51,190 bases of DNA. It comes from Planctomycetota bacterium (GTDB lineage Bacteria; Planctomycetota; SZUA-567). This document shows positions 8,452 through 18,011 of this stretch, in pieces; the first letter of the stretch is position 1; every line of letters starts with the position of its first letter. The stretch spans positions 1 through 51,190 of the forward strand of contig DAIPJX010000001.1 in the NCBI GenBank assembly GCA_036770065.1, given 5' to 3'. The notes under the pieces were generated by a model, which saw only the letters and a program-made list of their open reading frames with translations, did not search any database and was not told where the DNA came from. Position numbers and translations under genes: made by a program.

Positions 8452-10848
8452 ATGTCAGGCATTAACCGGGTCATAAAGCGCGACAAACTGTCCGTACCGT
8501 TCGACCAGTCGAAAATCAGCGACGCCATCTTCGCCGCGGCCCGGGCGGTGGGAGGCGAAAACCGGCAGCTTGCCGACGATATCGCCGCCCTGGTCGTCAC
8601 GTTGTTGGAAAAACGCTATACAGACGATACGCCCCCCGGTATTGAAGACATTCAAGACATGGTGGAAAAGGCGCTTATCGAAACAGGCCACGCCAAAACA
8701 GCCAAGGCATACATCCTGTATCGCGAACGCAGGGCAAAAGCGCGCGACGCCATGCAGGTCCGGAAAGCAACCTCTTCCAGCGGCGCGGATTCGACCGACA
8801 TTCATCTTCTGGTCGATCCGGGCAGTCAGGCCGAGTATTACGCCTGGGATCGTTCGCGCATCGCCAACGCACTGGTGAAGGAAGCCGGGCTGGACGCGCT
8901 TGAAGCGTCCTCCATCGCCAAAGCGGTGGAAAAACGCGTGTTGGCGTCGGGCCTGACCCGCATCTCCACCAGCCTTATCCGCGAACTCACGGACAATGAA
9001 CTGTTCGAGCGAGGCCACCAGAAAACATTGGAAAAACAGGCGTTGATCGGATTGCCTAAATATGATATCGAGCAGTTGATCATGTCGAAATCGAAAGAGA
9101 ATTCCAATATCTCGGCCAACAACCCGGAAGCGATCAACCTGGCCATTGCCGAGACGGTGTTGAAACAGTACGCGCTTCAGGAAGTGTTCTCGCCCGAAGT
9201 CGCCGACGCCCACCGGGAAGGCGCTGTCCACTTGCACGATTTGGGCTATCCCACCCGCGTGTATTGTTCGTCGCATTCTATCGAGTATTTGAAAAAATAC
9301 GGCCTGCAACTGGAAAACCTGGACACATCCTCCGCCCCGGCGAAGCACGCCCGTACCCTGACCGGCCACCTGAACACGTTCCTCGCCTCCATGCAGGCGT
9401 ATTATGCGGGCGCGCTCGGCGTCGCGTACATCAACATCATGTATGCGCCGCTCGTCGAAGGCATGTCGGACAAGGAAATGCGCCAGGAAGCGCAGCACCT
9501 GATCTTCTCGTCCAGCCAGAACGCGTTTTCGCGCGGCGGCCAAACCCTGTTCCTGGACTTCAATATCCACACCGGCATCCCCGGATATCTGAAGAACATC
9601 CCCGCCATCGGCCCGGGCGGCAAATATCTCGACCGCACCTACGGCGATTTCGCCGACACCGCCACCCGCTTCACCAAGGCGATGCTGGACGTCTGGGCGC
9701 AAGGCGATCAGTACGGCCATATTTTCGCCTTCCCGAAATGCGACTTCCACATCAACCACGAAACGTTCGAAGATCCCAAGCAGTACGCAATCTACGAATA
9801 CGCCTGTGAAATCGCGGCGAAGAACGGCACGCCGTACTTCATCTTCGACCGCGACGAAGTCACCCTCTCCGCCTGCTGCCGCTTGCGGACGGTGATTGAA
9901 GACACCCACATGATTCGCCACCCCGAATCGATGCGCTTCTGCGGATTCCAGAACGTGACCATCAACCTGCCCCAGTGCGCATACCGCGCCGGACGCGGGA
10001 ACTTTTCCAAACTGTTCACGGAAATCGAGAAGAGCCTCGACATTTGCGTCAAGGCGCATCACGAGAAAAAGAAATTCGCCCGCATCCTCATGTCCGGGCC
10101 GTCCATGCCGTTGTGGCAAATCGGCAAAATCGCCGCAGACGGCCGTCCCTATGTGGATTTGGATCAGGCGACGTATATTGTCGGCGTTATCGGCCTGAAC
10201 GAGTGCCTCGCCTATCTCACCGGCAAGGAGTTGCACGAAGACGCGGACGCGCTCAGGCTCGGCATGAAGGTTATCAGCCACCTGTACTTCTGCATCAAGG
10301 AAATGGGCAAGAAACACGGGATGAAGATAACAATCGAGGAATCCCCGGCCGAGTCCGCCGCCCGCCGCCTGGCGAAAATCGATTTGAAAAACTTCCCCGA
10401 AGCGGCCGGCTTTATGCGCGGTTCGCGGACGGACGATGAAATCTACTATACCAATTCCGTCCACCTCCGTCCCGACGCGAAAGACGGCATTGTCGACCGC
10501 ATAATGAAACAGGCGAAATTCCACAGCCTGATCGAATCCGGCGCGATTATCCATGCGTTCGTGGGCGAGTCCCGTCCGTCCGCCGGCGCGATCTCGTCCC
10601 TGGTGCGGAAAACGTTTGAAAAGACCAAGGCGGCGCAACTCACGATCAGCCCCGAGTTCACCATCTGCCGCTCCTGCCACAAGGTCGGCGCCGGCATCAG
10701 CCAGACCTGCCCGCACTGCGGCGCGGTCAATATTCCCGGCATCCGACGCATCGACGAGACCGAACCGACCGGCGCGGCCTGGAGCCGCGACGCGCTGGCC
10801 GAGCTGTCCCGGATAGAAATGGTCGGAGCAGGCTGCTGTGGAGACTGA
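8452..10848 (+). CDS. nrdD: Anaerobic (class III) ribonucleoside-triphosphate reductase homolog with a non-canonical C-terminus
   Basis: N-terminal ATP-cone, ACCRL finger-loop motif, and C-terminal Zn ribbon CRSC...CPHC. The ATG at 8452 is preceded by GGAGAG. The expected RVxGY glycyl-radical motif reads RRIDET. Confidence 0.8.
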   Translation: MSGINRVIKRDKLSVPFDQSKISDAIFAAARAVGGENRQLADDIAALVVTLLEKRYTDDTPPGIEDIQDMVEKALIETGHAKTAKAYILYRERRAKARDAMQVRKATSSSGADSTDIHLLVDPGSQAEYYAWDRSRIANALVKEAGLDALEASSIAKAVEKRVLASGLTRISTSLIRELTDNELFERGHQKTLEKQALIGLPKYDIEQLIMSKSKENSNISANNPEAINLAIAETVLKQYALQEVFSPEVADAHREGAVHLHDLGYPTRVYCSSHSIEYLKKYGLQLENLDTSSAPAKHARTLTGHLNTFLASMQAYYAGALGVAYINIMYAPLVEGMSDKEMRQEAQHLIFSSSQNAFSRGGQTLFLDFNIHTGIPGYLKNIPAIGPGGKYLDRTYGDFADTATRFTKAMLDVWAQGDQYGHIFAFPKCDFHINHETFEDPKQYAIYEYACEIAAKNGTPYFIFDRDEVTLSACCRLRTVIEDTHMIRHPESMRFCGFQNVTINLPQCAYRAGRGNFSKLFTEIEKSLDICVKAHHEKKKFARILMSGPSMPLWQIGKIAADGRPYVDLDQATYIVGVIGLNECLAYLTGKELHEDADALRLGMKVISHLYFCIKEMGKKHGMKITIEESPAESAARRLAKIDLKNFPEAAGFMRGSRTDDEIYYTNSVHLRPDAKDGIVDRIMKQAKFHSLIESGAIIHAFVGESRPSAGAISSLVRKTFEKTKAAQLTISPEFTICRSCHKVGAGISQTCPHCGAVNIPGIRRIDETEPTGAAWSRDALAELSRIEMVGAGCCGD

Positions 10849-11575
10849 ACCGATTCGTTTCGACTTGCGGGGGATTATTGAAAACTCCCTGCTTGAATGG
10901 GAAAATATGGTGTCGGCGGTAGTGATAGCCGGAGGATGCAACCTGCGCTGTCCCTATTGCCATAGTTGGCGGTATGTAACCGGACTCGACGATTTGCGAC
11001 GTTTGGACATCGGCAAATTGTTCGAACTGCTGGAGCGCCAGCGGGGCTGGATAGACGGCGTCGTATTCACCGGCGGCGAAGCGACAATGCAACCGGACCT
11101 CCCGCGCCTGATTGAACGGGTCAGGGAATACGGAGTCAGGACAAAGCTGCACACCAACGGCTCCCGGCCCGATGTTCTCCGGGGATTATTGGAACGCGGG
11201 ATGCTTGACTGCCTGTCTCTCGATTATAAAACCACGCTGAACAGCGGTTATTTCAACGTGGCCGGGATTCGGGAAGACGGCGAACTTTTGGAACGGGTGC
11301 GGGAGTCGTTTCGTCTCGCCGCCACTTCGGAAACCGAGCGTGAGTATCACACAACGCTTGCCCCGCGGTTTGTCGGCATGCAGACGCTTCGGGACATGGC
11401 GCGGGATTTGGAACCGGGCGGGCTATGGATATTGCAGCAGCTTGAAACGGACGACTGCCTTGACGGGAACATGGCGGAAACGGTCCGCTATACGGCGGAC
11501 GAACTGGATGCGTTTTTAGCGGAAGCCAAAACGGGACATGAGCGGGTGCTTTTGAAAAAAGGCAGTTCCGCGTAA
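10838..11575 (+). CDS. nrdG: Anaerobic ribonucleotide reductase activating protein (radical SAM, NrdG-like)
   Basis: CNLRCPYCHS (CX3CX2C) near the N-terminus. The GTG start overlaps the nrdD stop by 11 nt. Confidence 0.8.
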   Translation: METEPIRFDLRGIIENSLLEWENMVSAVVIAGGCNLRCPYCHSWRYVTGLDDLRRLDIGKLFELLERQRGWIDGVVFTGGEATMQPDLPRLIERVREYGVRTKLHTNGSRPDVLRGLLERGMLDCLSLDYKTTLNSGYFNVAGIREDGELLERVRESFRLAATSETEREYHTTLAPRFVGMQTLRDMARDLEPGGLWILQQLETDDCLDGNMAETVRYTADELDAFLAEAKTGHERVLLKKGSSA

Positions 11576-11600
11576 TTATAACGGAGAAAGCGGCAAACCA

Positions 11601-12188
11601 ATGGCGGACGATTTATTTTGCGAAATCCTGAAGGAAGCACAACGGGAAAGGCGGCTTGTGTGCGTTTTCCGCGATCCTTCCGATCTCCGGCGTTTTGCGG
11701 TCGGATTTGTCGAAGCGGTGTCCGAAGGGGATTATACGCTCCAGCAAATCGATCCCGACGGCAACCCGGACGGATTGGACATCGGCGCAATCGACGATAT
11801 TATCGAAATCAGGAAAGAGTCGCGCTACGCCCGGCAAATCACCTTGCTGATGGAGAAAGAGGACGAACAGCCGGCATCCCCCCCGCCGCAGGGATGGACG
11901 GGGAAACCGCATCCGGAAAGCTGTCTGGACGAAGTGTTGCGCCGATCGATGGCGGAGAAGCTGGTCGTCAACATCCTTCTCGCGACCGGCGACGACGAAC
12001 TGCGGTTTTACGGCATTGTCCGCGAATTGACCGAAACGCACGCACGGGTCGACGTGCTGTCGGACGACGGCGAGCCTGACGGCACGTCCGTGGTGAGGCT
12101 CGACGACATAGCGGGGCTTCAGGTGAACACGCGCGACGAACGCAAAGTCGCACGGTTCAACCGCCACCGCATGCATCTGTATTTATGA
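11601..12188 (+). CDS. Hypothetical protein with an internally duplicated ~70-aa domain
   Basis: Two repeats share RF..G(F/I)V.E...(D/S)xDG(N/E)PDG...(I/L)DDI (aa ~17-85 and ~118-190). No family recognised. Confidence 0.6.
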   Translation: MADDLFCEILKEAQRERRLVCVFRDPSDLRRFAVGFVEAVSEGDYTLQQIDPDGNPDGLDIGAIDDIIEIRKESRYARQITLLMEKEDEQPASPPPQGWTGKPHPESCLDEVLRRSMAEKLVVNILLATGDDELRFYGIVRELTETHARVDVLSDDGEPDGTSVVRLDDIAGLQVNTRDERKVARFNRHRMHLYL

Positions 12189-12197
12189 AGGCATGCC

Positions 12198-13202
12198 ATG
12201 CCGCCAACACCGCAACCTGGACGTTTTTACGAAAAATATCCCGACGGCTCGGTGAGTTGCCATTTGTGTCCGCACGAATGCTATTTGAAAAACAGCGGTA
12301 TCGGCATTTGCAGCGCGCGGAAAAACCGGAACGGCGTTCTCTACGCCCAGACCTACGGCGCCATCACGGCGTCCGCCCTGGATCCGATTGAGAAAAAGCC
12401 GTTGTACCATTTTTTCCCCGGGAGCCGGATTTTTTCCATCGGCGGATGGGGATGCAATTTGCAATGCGCGTTTTGCCAAAACAGTTCGATTTCCCAATAC
12501 GAAGCGCCGTCAATCGCCATGACCCCGCAGGAAATCGCGCACGAAGGCATGGTGAACGGATCGATCGGGGTCGCGTATACGTACAACGAACCGCTGATCG
12601 CGATGGAATACGTGATCGATTGCGCCAAAGCGGTGCGCCGGGCGGGCGGAAAGAATGTGCTGGTGACGAACGGGTACATCAACCAGAAGCCGTTTGCCGA
12701 ATTGCTTCCGTACATCGATGCGATGAACATAGACGTGAAAGCGTTCAACAACCATTTTTACAAAACGCTGTGCAAGGGAACGCTCGATCCCGTTCTGGAA
12801 ACGGTCATGGCGGCGGTCGGCCGGGTGCATGTGGAGTTGACCACATTGCTTATCCCGAACGAAAACGACGCGGTTCCCGAAATGGAGGACTTGGTGGGTT
12901 GGGTGACGGAAAATTGCGGACGCGATACGCCGGTGCATTTGAACGCATACCACCCAAGCTACAACTATACGGCGGCCGCGACGACGACGGCGACGTTGAA
13001 AAACGTATGGCGCATTTTCAAAACCCGGCTCAATTATGTGTATATCGGCAATATGGCCGTCCCCGGCGCAGGAGACACCATGTGCGTCAATTGCGGAAGT
13101 CCGATCATAACCCGAAGCGGCTACGCGGTCGACGCGAGCGGCATGACCGCCGACGGTACATGCGCGCATTGCGGATCGACGAACAATATACAGGTCAAGT
13201 AA
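12198..13202 (+). CDS. AmmeMemoRadiSam-system-type radical SAM enzyme (PFL-activase-like)
   Basis: CHLCPHECYL...GICSARKNRNGVLY...DPIEKKPLYHFFPG...GCNLQCAFCQN, plus C-terminal CVNCGS...CAHCGS. Confidence 0.8.
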   Translation: MPPTPQPGRFYEKYPDGSVSCHLCPHECYLKNSGIGICSARKNRNGVLYAQTYGAITASALDPIEKKPLYHFFPGSRIFSIGGWGCNLQCAFCQNSSISQYEAPSIAMTPQEIAHEGMVNGSIGVAYTYNEPLIAMEYVIDCAKAVRRAGGKNVLVTNGYINQKPFAELLPYIDAMNIDVKAFNNHFYKTLCKGTLDPVLETVMAAVGRVHVELTTLLIPNENDAVPEMEDLVGWVTENCGRDTPVHLNAYHPSYNYTAAATTTATLKNVWRIFKTRLNYVYIGNMAVPGAGDTMCVNCGSPIITRSGYAVDASGMTADGTCAHCGSTNNIQVK

Positions 13203-13220
13203 CGATAGGCGGAGCTTTTC

Positions 13221-16200
13221 ATGCGATTGAAATCGGTTGAACTTTTCGGATTCAAATCCTTTCCCGACCGGACGGTCATCGAGTTCGGCGCCGGCATCAC
13301 CGCCATTCTCGGCCCGAACGGCTGCGGGAAATCCAATGTCGTCGACGCGATCAAATGGGTTCTGGGCGAAAAATCGGCCAAAAACCTGCGCGGCGAGGAA
13401 ATGCTCGACGTCATCTTTTCCGGTTGCGAATCCCGCTCCGCCAGCGGCATGGCGGAGGTGAAGCTGGTTTTCGACAACACCGACGGCAAACTTCCCCTGC
13501 CCTACAATGAAGTCGCCGTCGGGCGTCGAATCTACCGTTCCCGCGAGAGCGAATACTTCATCAACAAAAACCGCTGCCGCCTGAAAGACATCCGCGATCT
13601 GTTCCTGGACACCGGCGTCGGCAGTTCCGCGTATTCGGTGATTGAACAGGGCCGGGTCGAAGCGCTTCTGCACGCGAAGCCGGCCGACCGCCGGGCCGTT
13701 TTCGAAGAAGCGGCGGGCATCGCCAAGTTCAAGGCCCGGCGGAAGGAAATCCTCTCCCGCCTCGAACGCACCGATCAGATACTGCTCCGCGTCAATGACC
13801 GGGTCGAGGAAAAGGAACGGCAAATCAGGAAGGTCGCCGCCCAAGCGGCCAATGCACGCCGCCACCGAAGGCTGACGACGGAACGCGACTCCGCCCGCGA
13901 ACACCTGTACCGCCGCCAGTTCGCCGAGCAGCACCGTTTGCTTGCCCAATTCGGAAAGCAGAAGGAAGCGCTCGAATCGGAAATTGACCGGGAGGAACAA
14001 ACCCAGGCCGCGCTCGCCGCCGAAATCCTCGCCCTCACGACGCAGGAAGGCGAACTGTCCCTCAACCGGGACGCTGTCGTCGAAGCGGCCGGCATGACGC
14101 AGGAAGAACTGTCCGCCGTTCTTCTTGAACAAGCCAACACCCAAAGCCGGCACGATACTCTGGTGCAGGAAGTCAGCCGCGGCAACGAGCGAAAGAACGA
14201 ACTGTCCGCCCGACTCGAACGCCTCACGCAACAAGAGCGGGAGGCGCGGGAACGCCTGCAAGAAGAAGAGGCGCGCGCCGCGTCTCTGGAAGAGCGTTTT
14301 ACGACGCAGGACAGGGACCGGCAAGATTTGGCGAAAGCCGCGGCCGATGCCGAGGCGCGCGTCACGGAACTGCGCACGCAAATGATCGACTGCAACCGCC
14401 GCCGCCAGGAATTGTCGTCGGAGGCGGCCCGGCTGGAAACGGCGGAGCAGTCTTCCAGCGCGCGTCTGGCCGAGGTTTCGGCCCGGCTGGAGAAAATCGC
14501 GGCGGACGAGACAACCCTCGCAGCCGCCGTCCAGAGTCTCGAATCGGAATACGCCCGGGCCGCGTCCAGCTTCGGCGCGTCGGCGGATCAGCTGGAAGCG
14601 CTTCGCGGAGAATCACGCAATCTGCAAGGCGAGATGGAACGACTGCAATCGGAAGAGCGTTCCGCCGAATCGGAACGTTCGGCCAAAGCAAGCCGGAAAG
14701 CGACGCTCGAGGATTTGGAGCATTCGTTCGACGGCGCCTACGAAGGGGTCAAGAACATTCTGACCGCCGCCCGCGACGGTTCGTTTGCTTCGCGGGGCGT
14801 TGTCGGAATGGCTATCGATCTGATGACGGTGCCGCAGGACGTGGCGCTGGCGGTTGAAACCATTCTCGGCGCGTCGGCGCAGGACGTCGTGATGGAAACG
14901 GCGCGTGACGCGCAAGCGGCGATTGAGCATTTGAAGCGTTTCCGTCTTGGCCGCGCCACATTTTTGCCGATGGACAGAATTCAGCCGCGCCGCAAGCTGA
15001 CCCAGTCGTTCCGGCACATTCCGGGGGTTATCGGCGAAGCGGTCGATTTGGTGACGTTCGACCGGCGGCATCAGGTGGTGATGGAATATTTGCTCAACGG
15101 CATTCTGGTCGTCGATTCGCTCGAATTGGCGCGCGAACTGTCGGGCCGCGAAGCGCGCGGCGTGCGGATAGTCACGCTGGAAGGCGACGTCATCAATCCG
15201 TCCGGTTCGATGACAGGCGGCCACGGCAAGCAGCGCCGGGCCGGACTCGTCCAGCGCAAGGCGGAACTGGACGCATTGGCGGCGGATTTGGCCGAATGCG
15301 AACAGCGTCTCGCCGAAAAGCAGCGCCGCCGCACCGAAGCGGCGGAACGACTGCGCGAAGTCGCCGCCCGCGCGGACGATCTGGAAAAGGCATTGGCCGA
15401 AGCGGGACGGGCCGAGGCGCAGTTCAAGCAGAATCTCGCCGTCCGGAAAAACGAACTGGAGCGCCTTTCCCGCGACCGCGCCGAGACGGAGTCGGAGCAC
15501 GCGGCTGTCGCGTCCGGCGGCGGCGAACGGCGCGAACGCCTTCTTCGCCTGCAGCGGGAACTGGAAGAGTCCGCGGCCGACATGGCCGGTCTCGAACAGC
15601 GCGTCCTCGACGGCACGGAAGAACAGCGCCGCACCCGCGAGACAATCGATGCGCTTGGCCAGGAGTTCGCGGCCTTGTCGGGCGAACGTTCCGACGCGCT
15701 TGCGCGCGTGCGCGAATTGACGTCCCGCATAGCCGAGATGGCGACGGAAATGATGGGGTGCCGGGACGAACTGGCGAAGCCCGGCATCACCTCCGCCGAA
15801 GCGGACGCCGAGCTGGCGACGCTACGGGAACGGCTTGAATCGCTTCGCGCAAAAGAGGCTGAGCTTCTCCGCGTTCGCGACGAACGCCGGGCGGCGGGAG
15901 TTGAATTGGCGGAACGCCTGACCGAATGCCGGAATCAGGCGGAAGAATTGCGCCGCCGCGAGCGCGAGAGCCAGGGCCAGGCGACGCGGGTCCGGGAAGG
16001 CATGGCCCAGCTTGACCGCCAGTCGGCGGAGTGCGAGTTCCGCATCGCGACAGTGCTGGAAAAAGCGCGGGACGAGTTGCAGATCGAGGATCTTTCCCTT
16101 CCGGAGCACACGGAAGCGGAAGCGCCGTCCTCGATTGAGGATTTGCTGGAGGACGGGCTTGCCGCCCCCTCCGCGCCGGTTGCGGAAGAAGAAAAGTCCG

Positions 16201-16967
16201 AACCGGAACCGGAATGGATGCAATTGCCCGACGGCGAATTGCAGCGCCATATCGAGGATTTGAGCCAAAAAATCAGGAACATCGGTTCGGTGAATCTTGA
16301 AGCGATCGACGAATTGGCCGAACTGGAAGCGGGAGCCGAATTCCTGCGCAGCCATCAGGAAGAGCAGCAGGAAGCGGTGGATGCGATGCGCGCGGCGATT
16401 GACAAGTTGAACGAGGAATCGTCGACCCGGTTCCAGGAGACGTTTGTCGCGGTGCGCGAGTCGTTCCAGCAAATGTTTACGCGTTTGTTCGGCGGCGGCA
16501 AGGCGGACTTGTTCCTGGAGGAAGTGACGGAGCCGGGAGCGGATCCGCTCGACGCGGGCATCGACATTCGCGCCCAGCCTCCGGGAAAGGAACCGAAGAG
16601 CATTTCACTCTTGTCCGGCGGCGAAAAAGCGTTGTGCGCGGTTGCGTTGCTGTTTGCGTTGTTCCGTTCAAAGCCGAGTCCGTTCTGCATTCTTGACGAA
16701 GTGGACGGTCCGCTGGACGAATCGAACATCGACCGCTTCATGCAGCAGGTCAAGGATTACACGGACGAGACGCAGTTCATCATAATCACCCACTCGCAAC
16801 GCACCATGGGCATGACGGACGAGATTTGGGGCGTGACGCAGAAGGTGCCGGGCATCAGTTCGATTCACAGCTTGAAGTTTGACGCCATGGAATCGATGAG
16901 CGGCGAGAAGCCGGGACCGGTTGAGGTCGCGTCGATTGAGCGCGAGTTCGAGGCGACCAGCGCATAG
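13221..16967 (+). CDS. smc: Chromosome segregation protein SMC
   Basis: MRLKSVELFGFKSFPDRTVIEFGAGITAILGPNGCGKSN Walker A, long coiled coils, hinge, and C-terminal LSGGEKALCAVALLFA...ILDEVD. Confidence 0.95.
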   Translation: MRLKSVELFGFKSFPDRTVIEFGAGITAILGPNGCGKSNVVDAIKWVLGEKSAKNLRGEEMLDVIFSGCESRSASGMAEVKLVFDNTDGKLPLPYNEVAVGRRIYRSRESEYFINKNRCRLKDIRDLFLDTGVGSSAYSVIEQGRVEALLHAKPADRRAVFEEAAGIAKFKARRKEILSRLERTDQILLRVNDRVEEKERQIRKVAAQAANARRHRRLTTERDSAREHLYRRQFAEQHRLLAQFGKQKEALESEIDREEQTQAALAAEILALTTQEGELSLNRDAVVEAAGMTQEELSAVLLEQANTQSRHDTLVQEVSRGNERKNELSARLERLTQQEREARERLQEEEARAASLEERFTTQDRDRQDLAKAAADAEARVTELRTQMIDCNRRRQELSSEAARLETAEQSSSARLAEVSARLEKIAADETTLAAAVQSLESEYARAASSFGASADQLEALRGESRNLQGEMERLQSEERSAESERSAKASRKATLEDLEHSFDGAYEGVKNILTAARDGSFASRGVVGMAIDLMTVPQDVALAVETILGASAQDVVMETARDAQAAIEHLKRFRLGRATFLPMDRIQPRRKLTQSFRHIPGVIGEAVDLVTFDRRHQVVMEYLLNGILVVDSLELARELSGREARGVRIVTLEGDVINPSGSMTGGHGKQRRAGLVQRKAELDALAADLAECEQRLAEKQRRRTEAAERLREVAARADDLEKALAEAGRAEAQFKQNLAVRKNELERLSRDRAETESEHAAVASGGGERRERLLRLQRELEESAADMAGLEQRVLDGTEEQRRTRETIDALGQEFAALSGERSDALARVRELTSRIAEMATEMMGCRDELAKPGITSAEADAELATLRERLESLRAKEAELLRVRDERRAAGVELAERLTECRNQAEELRRRERESQGQATRVREGMAQLDRQSAECEFRIATVLEKARDELQIEDLSLPEHTEAEAPSSIEDLLEDGLAAPSAPVAEEEKSEPEPEWMQLPDGELQRHIEDLSQKIRNIGSVNLEAIDELAELEAGAEFLRSHQEEQQEAVDAMRAAIDKLNEESSTRFQETFVAVRESFQQMFTRLFGGGKADLFLEEVTEPGADPLDAGIDIRAQPPGKEPKSISLLSGGEKALCAVALLFALFRSKPSPFCILDEVDGPLDESNIDRFMQQVKDYTDETQFIIITHSQRTMGMTDEIWGVTQKVPGISSIHSLKFDAMESMSGEKPGPVEVASIEREFEATSA

Positions 16968-16995
16968 ACCTCGGCGCACAAGAACCGAACACCCG

Positions 16996-17066
16996 CCGCC
17001 CAACGCCAAAAGCGTTGGGCGGCATGTATACGGCGGCGGAAAATGGCGGTACATCCGCCTCTTTTT
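16996..17066 (+). terminator. Two hairpins downstream of smc, the second with a U-tract
   Basis: CCGCCCAACGC-caaaa-GCGTTGGGCGG (16996-17022), then GGCGG-tacat-CCGCC-TCTTTTTA (17045-17066). Confidence 0.5.
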
Positions 17067-17067
17067 A

Positions 17068-17096
17068 TTGGACTCCCCGTGGGAGTTGATTACAAT
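17068..17096 (+). promoter_or_regulatory. Candidate sigma70 promoter for the dksA-like gene
   Basis: TTGGAC (17068-17073), 17-nt spacer, TACAAT (17091-17096). Confidence 0.45.
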
Positions 17097-17121
17097 GGGC
17101 TTCTCGATAAGGAGAAAAACC

Positions 17122-17481
17122 ATGACTCCGGAAAAATTGCGCGCCAATTTGCTCGCATTGCGCGAACGGTTGTCCAACCAGCAGCAATCAATCCATCGCG
17201 ATTCGCTCGCATCCGAAAGCGCGCGCCTGACCGCCCGCGCGCCCAACCACATGGCCGATCAGGCGTCGGACGAACAGGAACTGGATATGATTGTCTCGCG
17301 CCTGACCGCGTCGAACGAGACGCTTCGGGAAATCAACGAGGCGATTCTCCGTCTCGAAAGCGGGCAGTACAATGTCTGCGAGGAATGCGGCGGAGAGATT
17401 GGCGATAGACGGCTTGAAGTCCAGCCGTGGGCCAACATGTGCGTCAGTTGCAAACGCAAGCTCGAGGAGGAACGACCCTGA
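17122..17481 (+). CDS. DksA/TraR family C4-type zinc finger protein
   Basis: The ATG at 17122 follows AAGGAG. C-terminal [26 protein letters not shown]. Confidence 0.8.
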   Translation: MTPEKLRANLLALRERLSNQQQSIHRDSLASESARLTARAPNHMADQASDEQELDMIVSRLTASNETLREINEAILRLESGQYNVCEECGGEIGDRRLEVQPWANMCVSCKRKLEEERP

Positions 17482-18011
17482 CTCCGACACGCTGGTTTTG
17501 GGTGGCTGTCGCGTTGACGGTCGCAATTGATCTTTTTTCAAAGACAATCGCCTTCGAAGCGCTGGGCGGCGGCCCGCCCGCCGATCTCAACTACACCGAA
17601 GAGCATATCATCTGGGTATTGCCGGGAGCGTTTCGATTCATTCCCCACTACAATATGGGCGGCGCGTTCGGCATGGCGTCGGGCAACATTTGGTTGTTTC
17701 TGGCGGCGACGGCGGTTCTTGTGCCCGCGCTCGTCATGACGGCGTATTATTCCCGCGATCCGGAGACGCCGTTATGGTCGCTTGGGTTGGTGGTCGGCGG
17801 GGCGCTTGGCAATCTGTACGATAGACTGTTCCATGTCGGCGTCAGGGATTTTCTTGAAATAGTCAACCCCCGCACCGGCGGCGGACTCTGGCCCGTTTTC
17901 AATATTGCCGATATTGCCATTGTGGTGGGCGTTCTTATTTATCTTGTCTGGACGATTATTGATTCGGCCCGAAAACGCCGTATCGCCAACGCGCAAAAAG
18001 AAGGAGAATGA
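17427..18011 (+). CDS. lspA: Lipoprotein signal peptidase (signal peptidase II)
   Basis: [19 protein letters not shown] resembles the E. coli LspA N-terminus, with multiple TM segments and ...[10 protein letters not shown]. The start is uncertain. ATG 17427 overlaps the dksA-like gene by 55 nt. CTG 17478 (CTGA overlap with the stop, GAGGAGG 7 nt upstream) and GTG 17502 are alternatives. Confidence 0.8.
   Translation: MGQHVRQLQTQARGGTTLTPTRWFWVAVALTVAIDLFSKTIAFEALGGGPPADLNYTEEHIIWVLPGAFRFIPHYNMGGAFGMASGNIWLFLAATAVLVPALVMTAYYSRDPETPLWSLGLVVGGALGNLYDRLFHVGVRDFLEIVNPRTGGGLWPVFNIADIAIVVGVLIYLVWTIIDSARKRRIANAQKEGE

Noticed and set aside
8455-10941. Very long ORFs antisense to real genes: 8455..10941, 12510..14381, 3704..5293, 17939..19255, 29841..31010, 42419..44104, 44951..46150, 45963..47384, 49645..50994, 36856..38004 and 38468..39565.
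   Set aside because: Their translations are Arg/Gly/Ala/Pro-rich and low in complexity, with no recognisable motifs. Each lies opposite a gene with clear family signatures. These are the typical shadow ORFs of GC-rich DNA.
11601-12188. RFAVGF and RFYGIV in the duplicated-domain protein loosely resemble the RVxG[FY] glycyl-radical motif. This raised the idea of a trans-acting glycyl-radical spare part for the Gly-less NrdD.
   Set aside because: The match covers only 2-3 residues. It sits in what looks like a beta-strand of a small barrel repeat, and the surrounding glycyl-radical-domain context is missing. It is too weak to claim and is left as a test within the cluster finding.
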